Assembly: GCA_043816965.1 (NCBI GenBank)
Contig: JBDRHK010000019.1
Location: 1-32,054 of the forward strand
Direction of reading: 5' to 3'
From: Candidatus Iainarchaeum sp.
GTDB lineage: Archaea > Iainarchaeota > Iainarchaeia > Iainarchaeales > JAFCCJ01
Length of the DNA: 32,054 nt
This document shows, one piece after another, positions 16,059-25,555 of this stretch; position 1 is the stretch's first letter; every line of letters begins with the position of its first letter. A model generated the notes under the pieces. That model did no database searches. It worked only from the letters and a program-made list of their open reading frames with translations, and was not told the origin of the DNA. The position numbers and the translations under genes are program-made.

Positions 16059-16991
16059 ATGGTTTATCTGGTTGAATCCAAGAGGGGCGACAAAAGATAT
16101 TTCTACTTAGTGGAAAATATCAAGATAGCCAAGGGGAAGAGAAGGCAATTCAGGAAATATGTTGGAACTGAAAAGCCTTCAAAGACAAAGCTCGAAATTT
16201 TGAGCGCCAAATTTAAGAAAGAGATTGAAAATAAAAAGATGGACCTGTTCGGTTACCATTATTTGTTCCCCGAGGAAATAAAAAAAATAGACAGGATTAA
16301 CTCCGAATTTACTGAAAGGCACAGGAAACTTAATCCGACTGAAAGAGAGCAATTCGACCAGAATTTTGTGAATGTTTTTGTTTATAACTCTAATTCGATT
16401 GAGGGCAGCACTTTAACGCCAAGGGAAGTTGAGCTGCTGCTTGAGGAAGATATTTCCCCTAACAGGCCCCTTGAGGATGTGCTTGAGGCCAAGTCAGCCC
16501 AAAGGGCGCTGAAATTCATAAAAGAGACTGGCGAGAAATTTAATTTGCAGCTATTGCGGAAAATGCATGAAATCTACTTTAAAGACACTAAACCATTCAT
16601 TGCAGGAAAGCTCAAAACAAAAGACAATATTGTGAAGGGGGCGAGTTTTGTTACAACGCCGGCAAGATTTGTTTTAACTGATGTGAAGCTATTCTTTCGG
16701 GAATACGACAAGCTAAAAAAACAACTGCACCCCCTGGAAATAGCCGCCTGGGCGCACTGGAAGCTTGAAAAAATCCACCCTTTCCAAGATGGTAATGGAA
16801 GAATCGGCAGGCTGGCAATGAACCATATCTTGAGCAAAACAGGGTACCAAATGATTGATATCAAAACAAAAGAAAGGCAAAAATACTTTAATGCTTTGAA
16901 AAAATGCGACCAGGAAAACAGTGCAGAAGCACTTGCAGGGCTGCTTGTAAAAAGGTTTGAAAAGCAATACAAAAATGCGCTGAAAAAGTGA
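16059..16991 (+). CDS. Fic-domain protein
   Basis: HPFQDGNGRIGR Fic motif; SNSIEG inhibitory motif; basic N-terminal extension; TTTATAAA box upstream. Confidence 0.9.
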   Translation: MVYLVESKRGDKRYFYLVENIKIAKGKRRQFRKYVGTEKPSKTKLEILSAKFKKEIENKKMDLFGYHYLFPEEIKKIDRINSEFTERHRKLNPTEREQFDQNFVNVFVYNSNSIEGSTLTPREVELLLEEDISPNRPLEDVLEAKSAQRALKFIKETGEKFNLQLLRKMHEIYFKDTKPFIAGKLKTKDNIVKGASFVTTPARFVLTDVKLFFREYDKLKKQLHPLEIAAWAHWKLEKIHPFQDGNGRIGRLAMNHILSKTGYQMIDIKTKERQKYFNALKKCDQENSAEALAGLLVKRFEKQYKNALKK

Positions 16992-17083
16992 TTCTGGCGC
17001 CAAACAGAACAGTTTTGTTCAGGGAATTCAGTTTGGGTGAACTGGGGGAAGATATAAATAGCATTTTGGGCTTATTTGTGGCT

Positions 17084-17662
17084 ATGAAGAAGGCAATAGT
17101 ATTTCTGATTTTATTAGCACTCATAGTTAGTGGCTGCACAAATAATGATGCAGAGAAATATAGTATGCAAAAAGAAATTAGCGACTTATATTACGAAATG
17201 GAAGAAAAATTAGAATCTGTTAGCAACCACTCCTTGAACTCTGACATCGATGCAGCTAAAGAAGCAAATCAAGAAGCCCAAGATATATTAGATCAGATAA
17301 AAATAAAATTCACGGATTATAAGAATCGATTTGGTTACGATGAAAAAGTTAATACTGATTCCGAAAAGGCCCTTGAATTGGATCAAGCATTTTTTGATTC
17401 CATGAATCCTTTGTTAGATGCAATTAAATATGTAGATGAGATAAACAAACAAGAAAAAACTGCAACAAATTCAGAAATAGATTATCACATTAATCAATTA
17501 AACGAATCAAAAAGCAAGGCGAATGCCGGAAAAAATCTTTGTTCTGAAATAGAGGATAAAGATGCATGGAATGTTCAAAATCGATTACTAGCCTTTGACG
17601 GGATTATTCAATCAGATGATGAACTTATTAATTCTTTTCAAGAACTAAAACAGCAGATTTAA
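17084..17662 (+). CDS. Predicted lipoprotein (helical, acidic)
   Basis: Start moved to ATG 17084 gives MKKAIVFLILLALIVSGC (signal peptide plus lipobox); GATATAAATA box at 17051-17060. Confidence 0.8.
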   Translation: MKKAIVFLILLALIVSGCTNNDAEKYSMQKEISDLYYEMEEKLESVSNHSLNSDIDAAKEANQEAQDILDQIKIKFTDYKNRFGYDEKVNTDSEKALELDQAFFDSMNPLLDAIKYVDEINKQEKTATNSEIDYHINQLNESKSKANAGKNLCSEIEDKDAWNVQNRLLAFDGIIQSDDELINSFQELKQQI

Positions 17663-17803
17663 TATGGGCGCCCATCTTCTGGTTCAAATCCCCCACAATC
17701 TATTCCTGTTCACCCAATTCATCCTCCCTGAACGGAATTAATAAAAACCTGCGAGGCGGGAGTTGGTTTTCCAATCCCTTATAAATATAACTTAAGACCA
17801 AAT

Positions 17804-18688
17804 TTATTTCCCAGCCTGCTTCTCCAAATCCTTCTTGTAAACGATTGTATGGTATGGGAAAGGAATTTCAATCCCTTCTTTGTCAAAGCGTTTTTTGATT
17901 GCTTCCGTAAGCTCGTAGTTGGTTTTTTTTGCAGTGGACTGGTCCTGTGCCCAGAAATAGAGGCGCATGTTCTGCGCAAAATCGGTAAGATCTGTAAGCC
18001 TGACAAGAATGACCTCGTCCTTGTGGAGGAATTCACTGTCCTTGCCCTTCACAACCTTCATCACGTTATCGTTCTTTTTTGCCTCATCAAGCATTATCTT
18101 TCTTGCCTTATCAATATTAGAGTCATAACTTATCCCGATATTCAATGTGCCAAGGATTTTTGGGTCCTTTATGGAGTAATTTGTGATATATTCTTCGCTA
18201 ATTTTTGAATTCGGGATTATTATCCTTTTGTTGTCCCAGGTGTTTATCACAGTATGGCGAAGGGTGATGTCCTCCACCTCACCATAGTCGTCCTTTATCG
18301 TGAGCTTGTCCCCGACGCGAAAGGGCTGGGAAACGGCAATGGAAACCCCCGCAATCACATTTGAAAGGGTCTGCTGTGCTGCGAGGCCGACAACGACGGC
18401 AAGGATTCCTGCAGATGCGAGGAGCGACACTCCCAAACCTGAAAAGCCCGGAATCAGGCTCCCTGCAATTATTATCCCTGCAAGGTAAATGCCAACCAAT
18501 GCCAGCCTTCTAAGAATAACAAACTGGGTTTCATCAATCTTAAGGGCCCTGGAGGTTTTCCTGAAATACCTCAGCAGGAGGAAATCAATGAGGTGGGCAA
18601 TTACTGCAGAGCCTATTATTATCAATGTAATCTGCACAACAAGAACAAGGTCAGCCCCAAAAATCATTCCAAATAACTCAAACACCAT
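17804..18688 (-). CDS. mscS: Small-conductance mechanosensitive channel
   Basis: GLAAQQTLSNVIAG, PFRVGD, GEVEDITLRHT, IPNS, GIEIPFP; ATG 18688 preferred as start. Confidence 0.9.
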   Translation of the reverse strand: MVFELFGMIFGADLVLVVQITLIIIGSAVIAHLIDFLLLRYFRKTSRALKIDETQFVILRRLALVGIYLAGIIIAGSLIPGFSGLGVSLLASAGILAVVVGLAAQQTLSNVIAGVSIAVSQPFRVGDKLTIKDDYGEVEDITLRHTVINTWDNKRIIIPNSKISEEYITNYSIKDPKILGTLNIGISYDSNIDKARKIMLDEAKKNDNVMKVVKGKDSEFLHKDEVILVRLTDLTDFAQNMRLYFWAQDQSTAKKTNYELTEAIKKRFDKEGIEIPFPYHTIVYKKDLEKQAGK

Positions 18689-18747
18689 CCAAATCAGACC
18701 AATATAGGGGTAAAATATTATTAAGGTGAACTGTTGCGCTGTTGGAA

Positions 18748-18837
18748 TCACTTGTGATGGGGCTTAAAAGGCTTCTTCCGGGGTTCCCTCTTCTTTTTGT
18801 CGCTGGCTCCGAAAGGGAAGTACTTTAGTTTGTCCAT
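18748..18837 (-). CDS. Putative 29-aa basic peptide, not in ORF track
   Basis: MDKLKYFPFGASDKKKREPRKKPFKPHHK; minus-strand TTTAAAAA box about 30 bp upstream of the ATG. Confidence 0.4.
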   Translation of the reverse strand: MDKLKYFPFGASDKKKREPRKKPFKPHHK

Positions 18838-18952
18838 TAAATTACCGGAAATGGCGATAGCTTTTTAAACACTTGCGCGCCAATTACTTAATCCCACAAT
18901 TTTCCCACCGTGGGTTATGATGTGATGTACATGAGAGTTGAGTTAGTTCACA

Positions 18953-19525
18953 TTGGTTCCGAAAAATTCCGGGTTTAATTTTATTAGAGATGGGATTAGT
19001 AAAATTGCAAAAACTGGTTCTGAAATAATAAATCTACGGGCAGAGGATATTCCCTTTATTCTTGAAAGGCTCCCTGATAACGGAAAAAGGTTTGTTGGAA
19101 TTACTGGCGAGGATTTGTGGCAGAATTATGCCCTAGGAAATTCCGCCACTGATTTGGAAGTAAAACGCAAATTGGAATGGGCTGATGAACGCGCGCTGTT
19201 TCTGAAACCAACACTTTGTTTGCTTGGTAAGAAAGGTGCCAAAATCAAAACAGGGAAGGAAATTTCTGTCGCGATTAATGCGAAATATTCCCTTCTCGCA
19301 GGAAAATTCCTTTCCAAATATGAAGACAGGGGGGTAAAATTCAACAAAATAGTGATTAATGGCTCTGTTGAAACCACCTTTGCGATAGGCCTGGCTGACA
19401 TGGTAATTGATATCGTATACTCTGGAAAAACTTTCAGGGAACAGAATCTGGCGATATTGGAAAATATCTTCTCAAGCAACATAGTTGTGTTGGGAAAGAA
19501 AGGCGGTAAAAATGAAAATCTTTAA
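18953..19525 (+). CDS. hisG: ATP phosphoribosyltransferase, short and divergent form
   Basis: PK near the N-terminus, LRAEDIP, GITGEDL, GSVE...GLADMVIDIVYSGKTFREQNL; first gene of the his cluster; start uncertain. Confidence 0.8.
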   Translation: MVPKNSGFNFIRDGISKIAKTGSEIINLRAEDIPFILERLPDNGKRFVGITGEDLWQNYALGNSATDLEVKRKLEWADERALFLKPTLCLLGKKGAKIKTGKEISVAINAKYSLLAGKFLSKYEDRGVKFNKIVINGSVETTFAIGLADMVIDIVYSGKTFREQNLAILENIFSSNIVVLGKKGGKNENL

Positions 19526-20813
19526 ATTAAACAAAATGGGCAAAAAGGACCGTGAATTTATTCTCAACCGTTCAAAGGAATCTATTGGCGGCATCAAGGG
19601 CTATGTAAAAGAAATTATTGACGATGTAAGGAAACGAGGAGATAAGGCGGTTATTGAATACACCAAAAAATTTGATAAGGTGGAGTTAGAAAGGGGAGAA
19701 CTTAAAGTTAGTGAGAAAGAGTTTAAGGCTGCTTTTGAGAGAATTTCACCAAAACTTTTGAAAGCCATAAAAGAGCAGATAAGATTAAGTAAAAAATTCC
19801 AATTTATGCAGCTTGGAGATAAATTCTGGATGAAAGAGATTTTTCCAGGGCTTACTCTGGGGCAGAAAACAACAGCAATTGAATCAGTCGGACTTTATGT
19901 TCCGGGAGGAACTGCGGCATATCCTACGGTAATGCAGATTTTGGCGGTTCCTGCTAAGATTGCAGGGGTGAAAAAGATTGTTGCAGTTACCCCTCCAAGA
20001 GAGAATTTGGATGCATTACTTGTGGCGGCCAAATTGAGCGGGGTTGATGAGGTTTACAGAATCGGGGGGATTCAGGCAATCGCCGCACTTGCATATGGAA
20101 CTGAAACAATCCCAAAAGTGAACAAAATTGTCGGTCCTGGGAATGTTTATGTTACTGCGGCAAAGGAACTGGTTTTTGGAGAGGTTGCAATCGATATGCC
20201 TGCAGGACCTAGCGAAGCACTTATACTTGCGGATGATTCCGCAAACCCAAAATATGTTGCGGCAGATATTCTAGCGCGGGCCGAGCACGATGAAAATGCC
20301 GCAGGGGTTCTTGTGACAGATTCCAGGGAGCTGGCAGAAAAGGTAATTGAAGAAGTTGAAAGGCAGAAAGGATTGCTGGAAAGAAGCGAGATTATTGAAA
20401 AAAGTTTGGCAAAATACTCGGCAATAATTCTGGCAGGTTCGATTGAGAAGGCAATTGATTTCGCAAATGAATATGCCCCAGAGCACTTGGAGATAATAAC
20501 AAAGGATCCGTGGAAAACCATGGAAAAAATAGAAAATGCGGGAAGCATATTTCTCGGTGAGAACGCACCAGTGGCGATAGGGGATTATGCCTCAGGAGTT
20601 AACCACGTTTTGCCCACTTTGGGAAATGCAAAGATGTTTTCTGCGATTGGTGTTGAGAGCTTCCAGAAAAAAACTGAATTTGAGTTTATTTCAAAGGATG
20701 CATTGAGGAAACTGGAAAAAATTTCCACGCCGATTGCGGAATATGAGGGATTTGACGGGCACAAGAAATCAATCCAAATAAGACTCGATAAAACTATGGG
20801 GGAAAAGAAATGA
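19512..20813 (+). CDS. hisD: Histidinol dehydrogenase
   Basis: GLYVPGGTAAYP, IVGPGNVYV, IDMPAGPSE, AEHD, APEHLE, GDYASGVNHVLPT; ATG at 19512. Confidence 0.97.
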   Translation: MKIFKLNKMGKKDREFILNRSKESIGGIKGYVKEIIDDVRKRGDKAVIEYTKKFDKVELERGELKVSEKEFKAAFERISPKLLKAIKEQIRLSKKFQFMQLGDKFWMKEIFPGLTLGQKTTAIESVGLYVPGGTAAYPTVMQILAVPAKIAGVKKIVAVTPPRENLDALLVAAKLSGVDEVYRIGGIQAIAALAYGTETIPKVNKIVGPGNVYVTAAKELVFGEVAIDMPAGPSEALILADDSANPKYVAADILARAEHDENAAGVLVTDSRELAEKVIEEVERQKGLLERSEIIEKSLAKYSAIILAGSIEKAIDFANEYAPEHLEIITKDPWKTMEKIENAGSIFLGENAPVAIGDYASGVNHVLPTLGNAKMFSAIGVESFQKKTEFEFISKDALRKLEKISTPIAEYEGFDGHKKSIQIRLDKTMGEKK

Positions 20814-21436
20814 ATCTTGGAATAGAGGTGAAAAAATCAACCAATAAGGAAGTTGAAATTGAAAGGAAAACTCAGGAGAGTGAGGTTAGGGTAGTCATCG
20901 GCAAAGATTCAGAGATAGATACTTCTCTAAATTTCCTCAACCACATGATTGAGACCATTTCCTTCCGTTCAGGAATTCCCATAGGGATCTCTTTCAAAGG
21001 GAGTGGCCCAGTATTAGAGCACGTTATTGCAGAAGATTCAGGAATTGCCATTGGGAGGGCTATGCTGGAACTGTTCAAAAACAGAATCAAGATAGGGGTG
21101 AATGGTTCCGGTTACTCTATACAGGTGATTGATGAGGCAATGGCTGTTGCAGCCATCAGCATAGAGGGGAGGGCAAATTGCTTCATCAATCGGAATTGTA
21201 ATGGTGCAAATAAAGAGATTGTGGAGGATATGAAAGCAGATGATTTAGTTGCATTTCTGGATGGGCTTTCCCAAGGAATGAAATCGACGATAAGAATTAA
21301 CATAGAGCAGGGAATTGACGCGCACCACACATGGGAAGCCGGGTTCAGGGCCCTGGGTGAGGCGATTGGACTGGCTCTCCGGAAAAATGAATCGAGAAAA
21401 GGCATGATTGCGGGGCTGAAAGGAACTCTGGAGTAG
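20810..21436 (+). CDS. hisB: Imidazoleglycerol-phosphate dehydratase (divergent)
   Basis: RKTQES, FLNHMI, EDSGIAIG, IDEA, HHTWEAGFRALG; operon context. Confidence 0.85.
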   Translation: MNLGIEVKKSTNKEVEIERKTQESEVRVVIGKDSEIDTSLNFLNHMIETISFRSGIPIGISFKGSGPVLEHVIAEDSGIAIGRAMLELFKNRIKIGVNGSGYSIQVIDEAMAVAAISIEGRANCFINRNCNGANKEIVEDMKADDLVAFLDGLSQGMKSTIRINIEQGIDAHHTWEAGFRALGEAIGLALRKNESRKGMIAGLKGTLE

Positions 21437-21443
21437 TGATGGA

Positions 21444-22022
21444 ATGATAGGAGTAATTGATTTGGGAATAGGAAATACTGGGAGTGTCCTGAACAGCCTT
21501 CGCAATCTCGGTTTTGATTGCGGGAAGATTGAAAACAGGGAAGATTTTCGCGCCGCGAATAAAATTATCTTTCCAGGGGTGGGGAGCTTCGGCAGCGCGC
21601 TCAAGAAACTTGAGGAGACGGGCATAATGGATGAATTACTGCGGGAAATAAATTCAGGGAAAGAATTCCTCGGAATTTGCCTAGGCATGCAGCTGCTATT
21701 TGAGGATAGTGAGGAATCACCAGGGAGCGCTGGGTTTTCAGTTCTCCGGGGAAAGGTCAAAAAGTTCAAATCCGGAAAGGTTCCCCAGATTGGGTGGAAT
21801 TATGTAAAATCATCTGAGAAAATACTTCCCGAGGGATATTACTATTTTGCAAATTCCTTTTATTGCACCCCGGCAGAAAGCAAAGACATAGTTGCAATGA
21901 CTGAATACAGGGTAGAATTTGCCTCTGCTGTAAGAAGGAAAAATATTTTCGCAGTTCAATTTCACCCTGAGAAGTCAGGAAAATTGGGCATTGAATTCCT
22001 GAGAAGGTGGTGTGAATGCTAG
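21444..22022 (+). CDS. hisH: IGP synthase glutaminase subunit
   Basis: PGVGSF, GICLGMQLL, VPQIGWN, QFHPEKSG. Confidence 0.97.
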   Translation: MIGVIDLGIGNTGSVLNSLRNLGFDCGKIENREDFRAANKIIFPGVGSFGSALKKLEETGIMDELLREINSGKEFLGICLGMQLLFEDSEESPGSAGFSVLRGKVKKFKSGKVPQIGWNYVKSSEKILPEGYYYFANSFYCTPAESKDIVAMTEYRVEFASAVRRKNIFAVQFHPEKSGKLGIEFLRRWCEC

Positions 22023-22771
22023 CAAAAAGGATTGTTCCCTGCATTGATGTAAAGGGTGGAAGGGTTGTGAAAGGAATGAATTTCATCAACCTACAGGATG
22101 CAGGAGACCCGGTTAAACTTGCGAAGAAATATTCTGAAGAGGGAGCTGATGAGCTCTTTTTCCTAGATATAACTGCGACAATTGAGGGGAGGAAAACCAA
22201 AATTGATCTGGTTAAAGAAATTGCAAAGAATCTTACAATCCCTTTTGCCATTGGTGGCGGAATTTCATCTTTAAAAGAAATAAGTGAATTGTTAAGGGCC
22301 GGAGCAGAAAAGGTTTCAATAAATTCGGCAGCTGTAAGGGCGCCTGAAATAATTAAGGAGGTTTCCGGAGAATTTGGTTCGCAATCAATCGTAGTTGCAA
22401 TCGATTACAAAAAAAACGGAAATAAGTATGAGGTTTATGTTGATTCAGGGAGAACTCCTACAAAAATCGATGCATTGAAATGGGCAAAAAAATGCAGGGA
22501 TTTGGGGGCAGGGGAATTATTGCTTACCTCTATTGATTATGATGGAACAAAGAAGGGATTTGATTTGGAGGGGTTGAAGCAGTTCTCCGGCGCGGTTGAT
22601 ATTCCAATAGTTGCATCCGGGGGGGCGGGGAGCAGGGAAGATTTCCTTTCGCTCTTTAGAGAAACAGATATAGATGCCGGTTTGGCTGCGTCAATTTTCC
22701 ACTTTAATGAGATCGGGATTGAGGATCTGAAAAATTTTCTTAAGAAAAAAGGGGTTGTAGTAAGATGTTGA
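22016..22771 (+). CDS. hisF: IGP synthase cyclase subunit
   Basis: MLAKRIVPCIDV, GADELFFLDI, GAGELLLTSIDYDGT, ASGGAG, LAASIFH. Confidence 0.97.
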   Translation: MLAKRIVPCIDVKGGRVVKGMNFINLQDAGDPVKLAKKYSEEGADELFFLDITATIEGRKTKIDLVKEIAKNLTIPFAIGGGISSLKEISELLRAGAEKVSINSAAVRAPEIIKEVSGEFGSQSIVVAIDYKKNGNKYEVYVDSGRTPTKIDALKWAKKCRDLGAGELLLTSIDYDGTKKGFDLEGLKQFSGAVDIPIVASGGAGSREDFLSLFRETDIDAGLAASIFHFNEIGIEDLKNFLKKKGVVVRC

Positions 22772-23985
22772 TTCCATCAATCGATATAATGAACGGGAAA
22801 GCTGTCCAGCTTGTCCAGGGAAAAAGTAAAAAACTGGAGAACAAGGGAGTGATGAAACTGGCGAATTATTTCTCCCGCTTCGGGGAAATTGCGATTGTGG
22901 ATTTGGATGCTGTCTTTGGGAAGGGAAATAACGAAAAATTGGTTGAACGGCTGTGCCGGAAATTTGACTGCAGGGTTGGGGGCGGAATACGCTCTGTGGA
23001 AAAAGCAAAGAGGGTTCTTGGCTACGGGGCAAAGAAGATTATTATCGGGACAAATGCGAACAGAGAATTTCTCAAAAAACTTCCAAAGAACAGGGCAATT
23101 GTTGCTTTGGATTCAAAGGGAGGGAAAGTGAGTGTTGATGGCTGGAAAAGGAAAACAAAATTCACTGCAGAGGAACAGATAAAAAAATTGAAAAACTGCT
23201 GCTCCGGCTTTCTTTACACTGAAATCAGAAAAGAGGGCATGATGAAGGGGGCGGCAATGGACAGGGCACTTGCTCTGCGAAAGATTATTCCTGCACGGAT
23301 GGAATTCACTTACGCCGGGGGAATCACTACGCCTGATGAAGTTGCAGAATTAAATATGAACAATATTAATGCCCAGATTGGGATGTCAGTTTACACAGGA
23401 AAAATGAAACTGGAGGATGCGTTCATTAGATGCCTTAAATTCAGCAATGGCTTGATTCCAACAATTGCCACAAATTCTAACCAGGTTTTGATGATGGCTT
23501 ATTCCTCGCAAGAATCCATCAAAAAGTCGCTTTCCTCAGGGAAGGGGATTTACTACAGCCGCTCAAGAAAAAAATTGTGGCAAAAGGGCGAAACATCGGG
23601 AAATTCACAGAAACTTGTTTCTGCGAGATTTGATTGTGATAGGGATGTGCTTCTTTATAATGTAAGTCAGAAGAATTTTGCCTGCCACTCAGGAAGTTAT
23701 TCCTGTTTTGGCGACGAGAATTTTTCGCTTGAGAAATTGCAGAATGTTTTGGAGGGAAGGAAAAATTCAGGAGAAAATTCTTATACAAAAAAATTAATCA
23801 TAAATAAGGATTTGCTGGCACGAAAGCTGAATGAGGAATGTCTTGAGCTGATTCAGGCAAGGGGGAAGAGTGAAGCAGTATGGGAACTGGCTGACTTGAT
23901 TTATTTCATCTCGGTTTACATGGTGAAAAATGGAATTGCGTGGAAAGATGTGCTCAATGAACTTTCCCTCAGAAGAAGAACTTAA
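22765..23985 (+). CDS. Fused HisA-like isomerase / HisI cyclohydrolase / HisE pyrophosphatase
   Basis: N-terminal IPSIDIMNGKAVQL, VDLD, VGGGIR (HisA); YYSRSRKKLWQKGETSGN, DCDRD, ACHSGSYSCF (HisI); KLNEE...ELADLIY (HisE). Confidence 0.9.
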   Translation: MLIPSIDIMNGKAVQLVQGKSKKLENKGVMKLANYFSRFGEIAIVDLDAVFGKGNNEKLVERLCRKFDCRVGGGIRSVEKAKRVLGYGAKKIIIGTNANREFLKKLPKNRAIVALDSKGGKVSVDGWKRKTKFTAEEQIKKLKNCCSGFLYTEIRKEGMMKGAAMDRALALRKIIPARMEFTYAGGITTPDEVAELNMNNINAQIGMSVYTGKMKLEDAFIRCLKFSNGLIPTIATNSNQVLMMAYSSQESIKKSLSSGKGIYYSRSRKKLWQKGETSGNSQKLVSARFDCDRDVLLYNVSQKNFACHSGSYSCFGDENFSLEKLQNVLEGRKNSGENSYTKKLIINKDLLARKLNEECLELIQARGKSEAVWELADLIYFISVYMVKNGIAWKDVLNELSLRRRT

Positions 23986-24352
23986 ATTTTGTGATTTTCT
24001 TTTCCTGCGAAAGTTCTTTCTTCAGTTTCACAAGGTCTGTTTTCGAGAAATTGGCGACAACAGTCCAGACAGCTTCCTTTGCCCTGCTCACGCTTCTGGA
24101 TTCTGTGTAAACCAAATCAACATTGTTCCTGAAAAGAATTTGTGCTGCTTTCGCAAGTGACCCAGGAACGTCGCTGATTGTGATTTCAATCTTCCTCGTG
24201 GCCTTTTCAATCGGGAAAAGAAGCATTCTTTCGTTTTGCTTATCGAGCTCTATTACTATCTTTTCCCCCTGCCTTATTCCAAGGGACTTCCTAAATGAAT
24301 CAGGAATTACAATCCTTCCCTTGGAATCAACCCTTGCAGAATCTGTGTCCAT
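23969..24352 (-). CDS. AbrB/MazE/SpoVT DNA-binding domain fused to an ACT domain
   Basis: RVDSKGRIVIPDSFRKSLGIRQGE (AbrB) and IEITISDVPGSLAKAAQILFRNNVDL (ACT); ATG at 24352. Confidence 0.85.
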   Translation of the reverse strand: MDTDSARVDSKGRIVIPDSFRKSLGIRQGEKIVIELDKQNERMLLFPIEKATRKIEITISDVPGSLAKAAQILFRNNVDLVYTESRSVSRAKEAVWTVVANFSKTDLVKLKKELSQEKKITKFKFFF

Positions 24353-24469
24353 AGGAATCAAATAATTGCGAAATCCTTTAATTAAGACCCTTTATTTGCC
24401 AGGGCAAGGTTAGATTTAAAACCTCTTCATCCCTTTTCTATTTCATCCGCTTGGTGAGGGGGGATTGGA

Positions 24470-25555
24470 TTGGCAGATTATAGGGAATACAAGAAGCTAT
24501 TTATACCGGGGCCTACTGAGGTCAGGAAGGAAATTCTTGCTGAAATGGAAAGGCCAATGATTGGCCACAGGTCCAAGGAATTTTCCGGATTGTATGGGGA
24601 ACTTATTCCCAAATTGCAGGAGCTGCTTTACACAAAAAACAAGGTCTTCCTTTCCACGAGTTCTTCCACAGGTTTTATGGAGGCCGCCGTCAGGAATTGC
24701 GTGAAGAAGAAATGCCTGAACCTGGTTTGCGGCGCCTTCTCTGAAAAATGGCATAAGATAACTGTTGCCAATGGGAAGGATGCAGAAGCCATGGAAATTA
24801 AGTGGGGAACTGGCCATAGATCTAAGGATATTGAGGAAAAGCTTTCCACAGGGGAGTTTGATGCGATGACACTCGTTCATAATGAAACCTCTACAGGGAC
24901 AATGAACAAATTGTATGAGATTGCAGAGATGATGAAAAAATTCCCGGATGTTATGTTTCTGGTTGACACTGTCTCCTCAATGGCAGGGGTTAAAATTGAG
25001 GTGGACAAATTAGGAATTGATGTTTGTTTGGCCGGGGTGCAAAAGGCTTTTGCAGTTCCGCCTGGGCTGGCGGTTGCTGCAGTGAGTGAAAAGGCAATTG
25101 AGAAGGCAAAGCAGGTTGAGAACAGGGGATATTATTTCGATTTTTTGGTGTTTCTGAAATCTGATGAGAAGAAGCAGACCCCTACCACCCCTGCAATTTC
25201 GCAGATGTATGCGCTGAACCTGCAGATGGACAGGATAAAAGAGGAGGGTTTGGAGAACAGGTTCAAGAGGCATAAGGAAATGGCTGATTACACAAGAAAG
25301 TGGGCTTCTGATAATTTCGAGCTTTTTGTTGAGGAAGGATACAGATCAGATACGGTAACAACAGTAACAAACAACAAGGGGATTAATGTTGCAGAGCTGA
25401 ATGATAAATTGGGCGAAAGGGAAATGATGCTGAGCAATGGCTATGGGGACCTGAAGGAGAAAACATTCCGAATAGGGCATATGGGTGACCTAACCCTTGA
25501 TGAGATAAAGAAATTGACTGATAATGTGGATGAGATTTTGGGGGGAGTTAAATGA
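24470..25555 (+). CDS. Class V PLP aminotransferase (SerC-like / alanine-glyoxylate family)
   Basis: LFIPGPT, GHRS, HNETSTG, DTVSS, QKAFAVPPGL, FRIGHMG; coupled to serA; GGTGA RBS. Confidence 0.9.
   Translation: MADYREYKKLFIPGPTEVRKEILAEMERPMIGHRSKEFSGLYGELIPKLQELLYTKNKVFLSTSSSTGFMEAAVRNCVKKKCLNLVCGAFSEKWHKITVANGKDAEAMEIKWGTGHRSKDIEEKLSTGEFDAMTLVHNETSTGTMNKLYEIAEMMKKFPDVMFLVDTVSSMAGVKIEVDKLGIDVCLAGVQKAFAVPPGLAVAAVSEKAIEKAKQVENRGYYFDFLVFLKSDEKKQTPTTPAISQMYALNLQMDRIKEEGLENRFKRHKEMADYTRKWASDNFELFVEEGYRSDTVTTVTNNKGINVAELNDKLGEREMMLSNGYGDLKEKTFRIGHMGDLTLDEIKKLTDNVDEILGGVK

Noticed and set aside
17681..17694. attR duplicate of the tRNA-Ser 3' end
   Set aside because: GGTTCAAATCCCCC differs from the tRNA's GGTTCGACTCCCTC and has no acceptor-stem match; not a full tRNA either.
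18890..18950. His attenuator upstream of hisG
   Set aside because: Only a weak CCCAC/GTGGG stem; no His-rich leader on the plus strand and no terminator T-tract.
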